DNA of 64,000 nucleotides from an uncultured Gammaproteobacteria bacterium (lineage in GTDB: Bacteria > Patescibacteriota > Patescibacteriia > UBA9934 > GWF2-40-263). Positions 21,154 through 29,246 of this stretch are shown here, in pieces. The notes under the pieces were generated by a model. It made no database searches, was not told the DNA's origin, and was given only the letters and a program-made list of their open reading frames with translations. A program made the translations under genes and the position numbers. The DNA is taken from contig CAYNRK010000002.1 of NCBI GenBank assembly GCA_964399675.1, positions 46,982 through 110,981 of the forward strand. Direction: 5' to 3'. How positions within the stretch are numbered: position 1 is the first letter of the stretch; each line of letters starts with the position of its first letter.

Positions 21154-22299
21154 ATGAGGATCATCGCCAACCTGTGCCTGCTGCTTGCCATCATGGCACC
21201 CAGCATCACCGCAGCGGAGACGCTGTCCGAAGCACTCGATCGCATGGAAGCCCAGGCCGAGATCGACCGAGAGCAGGTTCCGCTCTTTGCCATCACTGCC
21301 GAACGACTCAAGACGAACAGTGACGAGCTGTTCGGCATGCCAACGGACGTGATCAAAGCTGCCCGTCGTGTGGGTGGCTCGATGACGTTCGTCCGTGTGG
21401 GCGAATCATCGCTCAAGATCGAAGGCAAGAACGGCATTGTGACGTTTACCATGTATCTCTCGGTACAGAGCGCTCCGGACGCAAGAGGTAGTGTCCTTGC
21501 CTCAAACCGGGACAACCCGATCGAAAAGCTGATCGGCTGGGTGCACGGCATGCACACGAGCGGCATTGTCTTCGAGAAGAAGAAGGAAGGAACGGTCAAG
21601 GTCGTTCCCAACTTCATGACATGCAATGGCATCACCTTCGGCGGAAGGCTTCCCTACAACACAGAAGAGGCGTGCGAGCGTTTCGGGTTCGGAAGCCCCA
21701 GCAGGCTGCGGATCTGGAAGACGCCAGAAGATCGAAAAAGCGAGGACCAGTTCCTCATGTACCTGATGGCGCACTACGGAGAAAAAGGGGTGCTCACCCG
21801 GGCATCGCTCACCCAAGCGCTCGAAGCGCACAACGACCGCGTAAGCGCTGTCATCAAGGCCTCCGAGGAAAAGACCGGGTACGTCAGGTACAACCACTAC
21901 GCAGGCGACTACTCCACAGTGAAGGGGCACTTGCTCCGAGCCAATGTGCTCAGCAGGGCATACAGCATCCGGCCTGACGGACGTGTGGAGATCGCGGTTC
22001 ACGTGTACTCCGAACGCGTAGCAGGAGTCGAGGTGGAGCTGCAGTACGAAGACGGCAGCCCAGTTGCACCGACTACGATCGGCAACTTGGCCAAGGCAAC
22101 CATCGCACGTTCCAACCTGGTTCCCTCAGAGACAGGTCTGAGCGGCTTCGAAATCATCAAGGTTCAGCTTCCGTCAGGGCTCAAACCCGGAAAGCTCCGC
22201 ATCATGGCAAATGCCGTGGGCAACGATGGCAGAAGGCTCGTCCGAGACGAAGAGATCGGAACGTTCGAGTACGCAGTCAAGAGCCCCGACAAGAAGTAA
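21154..22299 (+). CDS. Secreted hypothetical protein (high GC)
   Basis: AAGGAGG SD; signal peptide MRIIANLCLLLAIMAPSITAA. Confidence 0.75.
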   Translation: MRIIANLCLLLAIMAPSITAAETLSEALDRMEAQAEIDREQVPLFAITAERLKTNSDELFGMPTDVIKAARRVGGSMTFVRVGESSLKIEGKNGIVTFTMYLSVQSAPDARGSVLASNRDNPIEKLIGWVHGMHTSGIVFEKKKEGTVKVVPNFMTCNGITFGGRLPYNTEEACERFGFGSPSRLRIWKTPEDRKSEDQFLMYLMAHYGEKGVLTRASLTQALEAHNDRVSAVIKASEEKTGYVRYNHYAGDYSTVKGHLLRANVLSRAYSIRPDGRVEIAVHVYSERVAGVEVELQYEDGSPVAPTTIGNLAKATIARSNLVPSETGLSGFEIIKVQLPSGLKPGKLRIMANAVGNDGRRLVRDEEIGTFEYAVKSPDKK

Positions 22300-22322
22300 C
22301 CGACCACCGCATTCGTGCAACA

Positions 22323-22402
22323 CTCTCACTCAGGGCGTGGTCCCAAAACCCACGCCCCGTTTCCTTGTGAACATGAGCAAGTCTCGTGTACACAAGAAAG
22401 CG
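22323..22402 (+). repeat. Structured intergenic repeat, copy 3
   Basis: ctctcactcagggcgtggtcccaaaacccacgccccgtttccttgtgaacatgag...tacacaagaaagcg. Confidence 0.85.
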
Positions 22403-22465
22403 TGCAAACGCTTACCTAATCTCAACCAGCTCGTGATCCGTTGCGAGCAGTTCTAAGAGGACAAG

Positions 22466-23119
22466 ATGACAAGAACACTCGCGTTCCTGTTGCTTGCAAC
22501 AATCGTTCTGCAAGGATGTGCCTGGCAGCTCTTTCCAAGGTCAGACTCGATCCCCAAGATCGTGACCGAAGAAGAAAACGATGAAGCACCCAAGCAGTGC
22601 TACACTGGCCTGATCATCATCACAAAAGACAAGTCTGCAGTCGAGGTTAGAGGCTGTCCTGACGAGTGGGCAATCTTCCGCCCAGTCAACAATCTTGGAC
22701 TGATCAATCATCCGGTGAACATCTCCTATTCCAAGGAAAGACACCCAACACCGAACATGATCATCGCAAGTGCGGATGATTACGGACGGTTTCATCTGCC
22801 AGCCCAAGAGGGGCAGCCCGCAAGATACATCAAGTTCGTGAACAGCTACCCAAGGCTTCACTGGACTGACCCAAAGTTGGGTGAGCAGCAAAGTGACCTC
22901 TACCCTGTCTACATTCTCAAGCGAGCCATTGCAAGACATCTGGATCCGGCGATCTTTGTCGATCCGGTCAATGGATGGCCACCTCTCGAAGAGCTGACCC
23001 ACGACTGTGGTGAATTCTTCTGCGGTCGTGCGTATCACCTGCTGCCTCCAGAAGAGCAAGCAAAGCGCTGGCTGGACATTCCGGACATGTTCAAGAGCGA
23101 CTATGGACGACTGTGGTAG
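22466..23119 (+). CDS. Putative lipoprotein, paralog family A (high GC)
   Basis: VLQGC lipobox; CYTGLIII...VEVRGCP; CGEFFCGRAYHLL. Confidence 0.75.
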   Translation: MTRTLAFLLLATIVLQGCAWQLFPRSDSIPKIVTEEENDEAPKQCYTGLIIITKDKSAVEVRGCPDEWAIFRPVNNLGLINHPVNISYSKERHPTPNMIIASADDYGRFHLPAQEGQPARYIKFVNSYPRLHWTDPKLGEQQSDLYPVYILKRAIARHLDPAIFVDPVNGWPPLEELTHDCGEFFCGRAYHLLPPEEQAKRWLDIPDMFKSDYGRLW

Positions 23120-23137
23120 TATTCACAAATCGTTCGC

Positions 23138-23216
23138 CTCAGGGCGTTGGTTCTCACGAACCTTCGCCCTCCGTTTCCTTGTGAACATGCGCAAGTCTCG
23201 TGTTCAAAAGAAAGCG
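23138..23216 (+). repeat. Structured intergenic repeat, copy 4
   Basis: ctcagggcg...cgccct plus tttccttgtgaacatg...tgttcaaaagaaagcg. Confidence 0.85.
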
Positions 23217-23284
23217 TCTTCATTACGAAGTTCGCTACATCTCGTAACGTCTGCGTTGGAACGTGGGCAAAAACCAGGAGCAGC

Positions 23285-23890
23285 ATGAATAGGATCTGTA
23301 CGCTCTTGATCGTCTTGATGGCAATCGTGGCATGTGAAGCATGTGCCAGTACCAATGCCGAGCCAAAGCCGAGTGGCAGCGCAACCGCCACCGCCGAGAA
23401 GCCGTTCGATTACGCCACGCTGCCGGACCAAGCCGAGTGGACCTACTCGCTGGCAGCCGGCCTTCTCTGGACCGAACGGCAGAGAATCCAGTCTACGAAC
23501 ATGCCGGAGCCGGTCTGGAAAGCCTTTCCGCTTCCGGAGTTCGCAGGACAACAATCGCGCTTCGTACCCATGGTCAGGCCAAGCTACGGCGGCTCCTACG
23601 GCTATGGCATGGACTCGTCCAGGTGCGTGGTAGACGCCCTGATCAAGACCAACTCGATCAACGCTCGCGGTCTGGGTATCTCGGGCGGACAGTACGCCTA
23701 CTACCAGATCGTCAAGAAGATCGAGGATCCACTCCTCTACGATCCGCGCAACTTCGCCTTCCTGATCCGCTACCAGGAAGCCTACCTCAAGGTCACCTTC
23801 CCGAACCTTCACCAGATGAAGGTACAACGGTTGAAGGCTCCGACAGAGTTCAGCACAGGTCCATGCTCTCCCCCCATCAGCCAGTACTGA
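23285..23890 (+). CDS. Putative lipoprotein/secreted protein (high GC)
   Basis: CAGGAG SD; MNRICTLLIVLMAIVAC signal similar to that of the gene at 20393. Confidence 0.7.
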   Translation: MNRICTLLIVLMAIVACEACASTNAEPKPSGSATATAEKPFDYATLPDQAEWTYSLAAGLLWTERQRIQSTNMPEPVWKAFPLPEFAGQQSRFVPMVRPSYGGSYGYGMDSSRCVVDALIKTNSINARGLGISGGQYAYYQIVKKIEDPLLYDPRNFAFLIRYQEAYLKVTFPNLHQMKVQRLKAPTEFSTGPCSPPISQY

Positions 23891-23906
23891 GCTGAACAAC
23901 GACACC

Positions 23907-23987
23907 CTCACTCAGGGCGCTCGTCCTCACAAACTAGCGCCCACGTTTCCTTGTGAACATGAGTAAGCTCGTGTTTAAAAGAAAGCG
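23907..23987 (+). repeat. Structured intergenic repeat, copy 5
   Basis: ctcactcagggcgct...agcgccc plus tttccttgtgaacatgag...tgtttaaaagaaagcg. Confidence 0.85.
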
Positions 23988-24050
23988 TGAAAACGCTTAC
24001 CACATCAACCAGCTCGTGATCCGTTGCGAGCAGTTCCAAAAAGGAAAACC

Positions 24051-24416
24051 ATGAAGAACCAAACACTCTTCGTTGTCCTGCTGGGGATCCTGACACTTTC
24101 GCTTGCGATTTGCTGCGGAATCCTCGGTTACAAAAGCGTAACAATCGAGAGTCAGCAGGAAGAAATCACTGCTTGGCAAGAGGCAGTAGCACCGATCTTC
24201 ACGTACCGCAAGGGTGGAGACAAAAACACGGCTCGTTTCACACCAGCAATGGTCAAGAACGCGCTCAACCCTTGCCACTTCCGCCAGGATCTCGACGATG
24301 GAAGGCGTGTTCGTCTACGTGGATGCAACGAATTCCACAAACCAATCGGAAGAGTCCGGATCTCTGTGGAGTTCACCAATCCGGAGTTCAGAGAACTCAT
24401 CGAACACGGACCGTGA
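24051..24416 (+). CDS. Membrane-anchored hypothetical protein (high GC)
   Basis: AAGGA SD; N-terminal TM. Confidence 0.7.
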   Translation: MKNQTLFVVLLGILTLSLAICCGILGYKSVTIESQQEEITAWQEAVAPIFTYRKGGDKNTARFTPAMVKNALNPCHFRQDLDDGRRVRLRGCNEFHKPIGRVRISVEFTNPEFRELIEHGP

Positions 24417-24424
24417 TCAACCAG

Positions 24425-24464
24425 GCCGAATTCACACTCTGGTGAATCTCGGCTTTTTCTTTTT
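24425..24464 (+). terminator. Intrinsic terminator closing the high-GC array
   Basis: gccgaattcac...gtgaatctcggc followed by tttttctttt. Confidence 0.7.
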
Positions 24465-24595
24465 GGCAGAAAATTTGGAACCTAAAAAATAGGTACTCGC
24501 CTGCTTTTTACACAATCAAATTGATGTAAACTTCCCATATGGAAACTTTACATCAATCCTATAAAAGAAATCTTCAGAAGTTTAAGACAAAATTA

Positions 24596-25012
24596 CTAAC
24601 TTGTTTCAACTTCTTCTTTGATTTCTTTAATTGGACTTTTAACTTTTTTCATCCAATAAAAACCTGAAATTAAAATAAACTCAGCAAAACCAATCAGCAT
24701 TGGAATTGCAAAAAAGAATTCTGCATGTCCCACACCTTGAGGTTGTGTGAAAAACGGAACAGTGATAATTGCATCAAGAATAAGTCCCACTATCAACATC
24801 ACAATTCCAAGAAGAAACCCGTTGACTTTATTATTACTTTTATAGTAATAAGACGCACCAAATATCACTATTGGAATCAAAACTATGTAGTGAATTAGAT
24901 ACTGCCAGTCCCCAAGATCTTTGAGAACAGGTGCGAATATAATAATGGACCACTCTACAAAAATAAATGCCCACAGTAATGCACCGACCGAAATCGCTCT
25001 TAAAAGCTTCAT
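24596..25012 (-). CDS. 4-TM membrane protein
   Basis: Hydrophobic helices; GLILDAIITVP. Confidence 0.7.
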   Translation of the reverse strand: MKLLRAISVGALLWAFIFVEWSIIIFAPVLKDLGDWQYLIHYIVLIPIVIFGASYYYKSNNKVNGFLLGIVMLIVGLILDAIITVPFFTQPQGVGHAEFFFAIPMLIGFAEFILISGFYWMKKVKSPIKEIKEEVETS

Positions 25013-25033
25013 AAATGTTTTGTTAATTTCTAA

Positions 25034-25225
25034 TTATAAAATATGTTGGACTCGACCGACTTCGCCAGTATCCAGTCTAACTTTAATACCTCGAGGATGC
25101 TCAGCCTTGCTTGTTAAAATGTCTTCAACAAAACCCTGAGTCAACTTCCCTGTTGGCTGATCTTTCTTTAAAACAATAGCAACGTACACCCCCTTTTGAA
25201 TATTTTTTCTAACTGTTCCTAGCAT
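25034..25225 (-). CDS. YwbE/DUF2196-family protein
   Basis: LKKDQPTGKLT.G.V.DILT....HPRGIKVRL..GEVGRVQ. Confidence 0.85.
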   Translation of the reverse strand: MLGTVRKNIQKGVYVAIVLKKDQPTGKLTQGFVEDILTSKAEHPRGIKVRLDTGEVGRVQHIL

Positions 25226-25234
25226 AGATAAACA

Positions 25235-26200
25235 CTATACCAAATTTTTCGCATTAAAAATCTTTTTGTCAATCAAGTTTGAAATATCCTGATGATCCTC
25301 ATTAAGAACCGTAAGCATTAGTGGTTCTTCAACCCCAATTGCATAAGCAACGCTTAGCAAACACTCGCGAGCATTGCCAGACTTAATAATCTCAACAGCA
25401 ACTTTGCGAGCAGCCATTGCAGCTGAATGATCCACTTTGGTTAAATCTTTGCCATGGCTAGATCCTCCACCATGCGGAATTAAACCTCCATACGTATCAC
25501 AGGAAAGTTTGCGACCGGTAAGTCCGGTGTCAGCGACAAATCCACCAATACTCCATAAGCCTGCAGGATTAATAAGTATACGAGGATTGTTACCGTCTTC
25601 AGCAAGTTCAGGCAATATTATATTTTTATGTACAAACTTGCGTACTGTTTGAAGTGACATGCCTTCCTCATGTTGTGTGCTCAAAAGAACAGTGTCTACA
25701 TTTCCGTTACGAATCGTAACTTGAACTTTGCCATCAGGAAGAAGCCATGGAATCTCTCCTGACTCGCGCGCATTTTCAAGTCTGGCAATAATGCGACGCG
25801 TTAGAGCAATGCCAAGCGGAAAAAACTCAGGCGTTTCATCACATGCAAAACCATACATAATCCCCTGATCTCCTGCACCACCTTTATCAACCGCGCCTGC
25901 AATCTCTGTTGACTGAGTATTGATTCGCACATCAATCTTTACATGATTGTGATAATCAAGATCCTGGAGAATTGAGTGAGCAATGTTACGAATGTCACAA
26001 GAACTTAAACTCAGCTTTGCAGTCACTTCTCCGCCAATAATCATGTATCCGGAAGTTGCAAACACCTCAATTGCAACTCGGGCCAATGGGTCTGTTTGTT
26101 GGTAAGCATAAAGAATTGCGTCAGCAATGCGATCGCAAACGCGATCAGGATGTCCTTTTGTAACGTCTTCGACAGTGTATGTGTTTGGAATATACGACAT
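25235..26200 (-). CDS. metK: S-adenosylmethionine synthetase (divergent, C-terminally short)
   Basis: GHPD, GAGDQGIMYG and DTGLTGRK..DTYGG; SAM-I riboswitch upstream; ATG 26200. Confidence 0.85.
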   Translation of the reverse strand: MSYIPNTYTVEDVTKGHPDRVCDRIADAILYAYQQTDPLARVAIEVFATSGYMIIGGEVTAKLSLSSCDIRNIAHSILQDLDYHNHVKIDVRINTQSTEIAGAVDKGGAGDQGIMYGFACDETPEFFPLGIALTRRIIARLENARESGEIPWLLPDGKVQVTIRNGNVDTVLLSTQHEEGMSLQTVRKFVHKNIILPELAEDGNNPRILINPAGLWSIGGFVADTGLTGRKLSCDTYGGLIPHGGGSSHGKDLTKVDHSAAMAARKVAVEIIKSGNARECLLSVAYAIGVEEPLMLTVLNEDHQDISNLIDKKIFNAKNLV

Positions 26201-26236
26201 AAAAAAACACTTCTTCCAAATGGAAAGAAGTTTCTT
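26201..26236 (-). terminator. Riboswitch-controlled terminator
   Basis: Minus strand acttctttcc-attt-ggaagaagtg followed by T7 directly before the metK ATG. Confidence 0.7.
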
Positions 26237-26241
26237 AATAA

Positions 26242-26447
26242 TTATCTTTCCCTTCTTGGGGTGAACTTGGCACCTTCTTCGCAAGACAGGCCTGTCCTGA
26301 GCTTGCCGAGCTCAGCTCGGTTAGTCGAGCTGAGCTCGATCGAAGGGTTGCCGGTGGGTCATCGGGTCACATCCCCGGTTCTCGCAAAATGCTTTGAACC
26401 GTCCCCCCGTAGCTTTACGCGAAGGGGGATCACCACACTCTTGATAA
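26242..26447 (-). ncRNA. SAM-I (S-box) riboswitch with two internal insertions
   Basis: Minus strand TTATCAAGAG...GGGATGTGACCCGATGACCCACCGGCAACC...GGTGCCAA...GAAAGATAA upstream of metK. Confidence 0.85.
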
Positions 26448-26495
26448 ATATTCAATTGTAAAATGACTGTATCACCAATTAATCAAAAATACCAA

Positions 26496-27476
26496 CTACA
26501 ACCTTATCTCTTTTTCCAACCAAGGAATATGTTCATTCTTTCTTTTCCACCACAAATCTTCCCAAATATAATGAACTGCAAGTTGTTTATATTCTCCAAA
26601 TCGTTCAAAGTGTTTCAAAATCTTTTCAACCGGCACTGGATTGTCAGTGCTTTTGTTGAAAAATAATTTTGAGTAAATCTTTTGTTCCCATGGAGACACA
26701 TGATTAAAAAAATCAAAGTGATGAAAAACATCAAACAGAATGTACCAAACAGTTGCAGGGCCTACGCCATAGAGTTTTAGCAAAGTACCCATTTGTGTTT
26801 CTCTATCTTGTTTATGCAATTCCCTTTCGTTAATGAGCTTATCTGCAAACTGTTCATCTAACTTTTTGATTGACTTTGCACGATAACCAACTTTTAATGC
26901 ACGCAAATCGTCCTCGCTAACTTTATTCAAACCGCCTTCATTCCAAAAACACAACAACTTTTTTCCGTCAAATTCCAAAACTGAACCGTAATTCTCAAGC
27001 AAAGTTTGAAACATTTGCACACTTCTACGCACTGTTGCGTTTTGCAAAACAATTCCAATAATTAAATATTCATACAAAGAACTTGGATGACCCGGACGCA
27101 TCCCTTGCCACTTTTTAATTATCGGACCAAGAATTTTGTCGTTTTTAAATTTTTTATAAAAAGGTTTGAGATCCAAATCAAAGTTATATAGATACCTAAT
27201 TTCATCAACCAGCGAATTGACGAATTCTTTTGAAAGCTTCTTTTTTGCGTAAATTTTCATCTCAACAAGTGGATTTGAAACAGTTCCACGATTTCTAAAT
27301 TTAATTCCCAACTTTTCTTTTTGCCAATTCCAAGTCTGCCAACGAATTCCCGGCTCCCACAAATTATCACCGGATGTAAAGTGATCTGGTTTGTGAAAAG
27401 TGGAATCAAAATCAAAAGGCTTAGCTGGTTTAACAGAAGTCGTCTTTTGCAATTTTAATTTTATAGATTTTTTCAT
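26496..27476 (-). CDS. HhH-GPD DNA glycosylase (AlkA/Ogg-like)
   Basis: LKVGYRAK and LLKLYGVGPATV helix-hairpin-helix. Confidence 0.8.
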   Translation of the reverse strand: MKKSIKLKLQKTTSVKPAKPFDFDSTFHKPDHFTSGDNLWEPGIRWQTWNWQKEKLGIKFRNRGTVSNPLVEMKIYAKKKLSKEFVNSLVDEIRYLYNFDLDLKPFYKKFKNDKILGPIIKKWQGMRPGHPSSLYEYLIIGIVLQNATVRRSVQMFQTLLENYGSVLEFDGKKLLCFWNEGGLNKVSEDDLRALKVGYRAKSIKKLDEQFADKLINERELHKQDRETQMGTLLKLYGVGPATVWYILFDVFHHFDFFNHVSPWEQKIYSKLFFNKSTDNPVPVEKILKHFERFGEYKQLAVHYIWEDLWWKRKNEHIPWLEKEIRL

Positions 27477-27497
27477 TTTGAATAGTTGTCTAAAAAT

Positions 27498-27974
27498 TTA
27501 CCCAGCGATCATCTCCTGTTTAATTAGCTCGATTTTTTTCTGATCTTGCGCGCCTTTTTTTTGCGCGCGAGAACTGTCTTCACTCATCTTTTCATAAAAC
27601 GAAAGATATTGACGCAATGTTAAAACACGAAACCTTGCACCTTGTTCAGTCTGGACTTTTAATTCCTTAGCACTTGCGTTAATAAGATTTTCCAAAACAT
27701 CTTCACTTTCAAAACTAACCTTATGTTCGCCGTTTGAAAATTCATGCTTTAACTCGTTTGTTAATTTAAATCCCTGTTCTTCCATAAACTTTTGAAAATT
27801 CCCCCACTGCTCAGAAAACAGAGACAAAGGAACAAGCATGTCAATGTCATCAACCTCTTTGTCCAAACCAATGAGTGTGTAAAGACCAAACGAACCGTAA
27901 AGAGTCGGTTCCACAGAAAACCGCTCATTCAACCCTTTGGCAATTGTGAGAAAAAGTTTGTATTTATTTTGCAC
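27498..27974 (-). CDS. Nucleotidyltransferase-fold protein
   Basis: LYGSFGL...DDIDMLV (GS...DxD); TTG/GTG-type start as in the ORF track. Confidence 0.7.
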   Translation of the reverse strand: MQNKYKLFLTIAKGLNERFSVEPTLYGSFGLYTLIGLDKEVDDIDMLVPLSLFSEQWGNFQKFMEEQGFKLTNELKHEFSNGEHKVSFESEDVLENLINASAKELKVQTEQGARFRVLTLRQYLSFYEKMSEDSSRAQKKGAQDQKKIELIKQEMIAG

Positions 27975-27980
27975 AACTCT

Positions 27981-28628
27981 TTAATCTTTGAATTTCTCAC
28001 GCATTTTATTAATTAACTCAGCGTGGAACTCCTTAAAGAAAACACTCCATTGCATGTATGGAGATTTGAACTTTTCAATTATACCAACTATTTCATAAGC
28101 CTCCATGTTGGCAAAGTGCTTGAGACGAACAATGGTGGCGTTTTTGTCAGTTAAGAGGTCGTAGATATCCGGACCAATCTTATCAATGCTTTTGGCGAAT
28201 TTCGCTTCATTGGTTTTCTGCGCCTTAAATTCCTGATATGCGGCATGGTGTTTTTCGTTTAATAACTTTAATGCTTCTTGTTCTTCAAGCTTCTCTTTTT
28301 CACTATTTTTTAAAAATGTAATTTCGTCGCCGATCGCAATTTCTCCAATATCATGAACAGCAAGCATCTCAAGTGCTTTACCAAGATTCACTGGTTCGGT
28401 TATGTATCCATGAAAAAAGACGGCAAGGATCGGTAGCGTGCCAACATGCTCGATAAGACTTTCCCTGATTATTATATTTTCGGGATCAAATTTAAAATTC
28501 GGATTGATCTGCTTTTGAATGTCATAACGAAAAGGCTGTGTGCTTGCCCGAAATTCGTTTGTATAATTTTTCAACAGTGACTCGATTTCTGAAAAAATTT
28601 CATCAAATGATTTTTGCATACTTATCAT
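27981..28628 (-). CDS. HD-domain phosphohydrolase
   Basis: ESLIEH...AVHDIGE...IGD...SIDK. Confidence 0.85.
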   Translation of the reverse strand: MISMQKSFDEIFSEIESLLKNYTNEFRASTQPFRYDIQKQINPNFKFDPENIIIRESLIEHVGTLPILAVFFHGYITEPVNLGKALEMLAVHDIGEIAIGDEITFLKNSEKEKLEEQEALKLLNEKHHAAYQEFKAQKTNEAKFAKSIDKIGPDIYDLLTDKNATIVRLKHFANMEAYEIVGIIEKFKSPYMQWSVFFKEFHAELINKMREKFKD

Positions 28629-28666
28629 TCAGACTATTTTCCGCCGATCGGCGTAAAATAGTCTGA
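28629..28666. promoter_or_regulatory. CGATCG-centred palindrome, same family as the flanks of the gene at 40544
   Basis: tcagactattttccgccgatcggcgtaaaatagtctga, directly upstream of the HD gene. Confidence 0.7.
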
Positions 28667-28815
28667 GGTTCTATTCATTCACCTTAAACATTCAATTAAA
28701 ATCTTTTTACTACATAGCTCTTGATAAAAAACCGCTAACATAGTAAGCTTGCCTGCCCTGTATTTAGGGGTACGTTCACAACATTCATCTCTCCCTTGGA
28801 GAGAAAGGGTAAGCC

Positions 28816-29160
28816 GTGAGCAAACATCGGTACACCGGTTTGGTGCTCAGCACAGAAGGTAACGATACTGAGGACACCTTCTTTGACATGATGATCGCTG
28901 GCGAGACTTTCCGTTTCGTACCAACGATCGACGAAGAGATGGTGGAGGACGAGCAGGTGCTGGCGCGCATCATCAGCGTGCAGGCTCACGCGTCGAAGAT
29001 AGCACTCCTCGTCACACTCAAGACCGTGGAGGTCGATGGGGAACGGATGCCTGCTGGTATATGGATTCTTGTCTTCGAGGGCGGGCTCGTTTGCGACAGG
29101 ATTCCGGAACGACCGACCGACCCAGACGACATTCGGTTGTGGATCGGGAAGATCGACTAG
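28816..29160 (+). CDS. Hypothetical protein (solitary high-GC gene)
   Basis: GTG start; TTGATA-17-TAAGCT promoter at ~28720; followed by a partial intergenic repeat. Confidence 0.65.
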   Translation: MSKHRYTGLVLSTEGNDTEDTFFDMMIAGETFRFVPTIDEEMVEDEQVLARIISVQAHASKIALLVTLKTVEVDGERMPAGIWILVFEGGLVCDRIPERPTDPDDIRLWIGKID

Positions 29161-29175
29161 TAGCGCGCCGAACGA

Positions 29176-29220
29176 CTCACTCAGGGTGTTGGTTCTCTTG
29201 AACCGCGCCCTGCTTTCTTT
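29176..29220 (+). repeat. Structured intergenic repeat, truncated copy 6
   Basis: ctcactcagggtgttggttctcttgaaccgcgccctgctttcttt. Confidence 0.7.
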
Positions 29221-29246
29221 TACATACTATTACAACATTGAACATT

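Noticed and set aside
20245-23987. Classical integron attC sites
   Set aside because: No consistent RYYYAAC...GTTRRRY ends seen and no tyrosine integrase in the window; a formal IntegronFinder run is still needed.
19496-24492. Long antisense and alternate-frame ORFs in high-GC islands (also 37614-39209 and 58539-59730)
   Set aside because: Expected shadows of GC-rich coding sequence; the chosen frames have SD motifs, signal peptides or family motifs.
26201-26284. N-terminal extension of metK in the ORF track
   Set aside because: It lies within the riboswitch and terminator; homology begins at ATG 26200.
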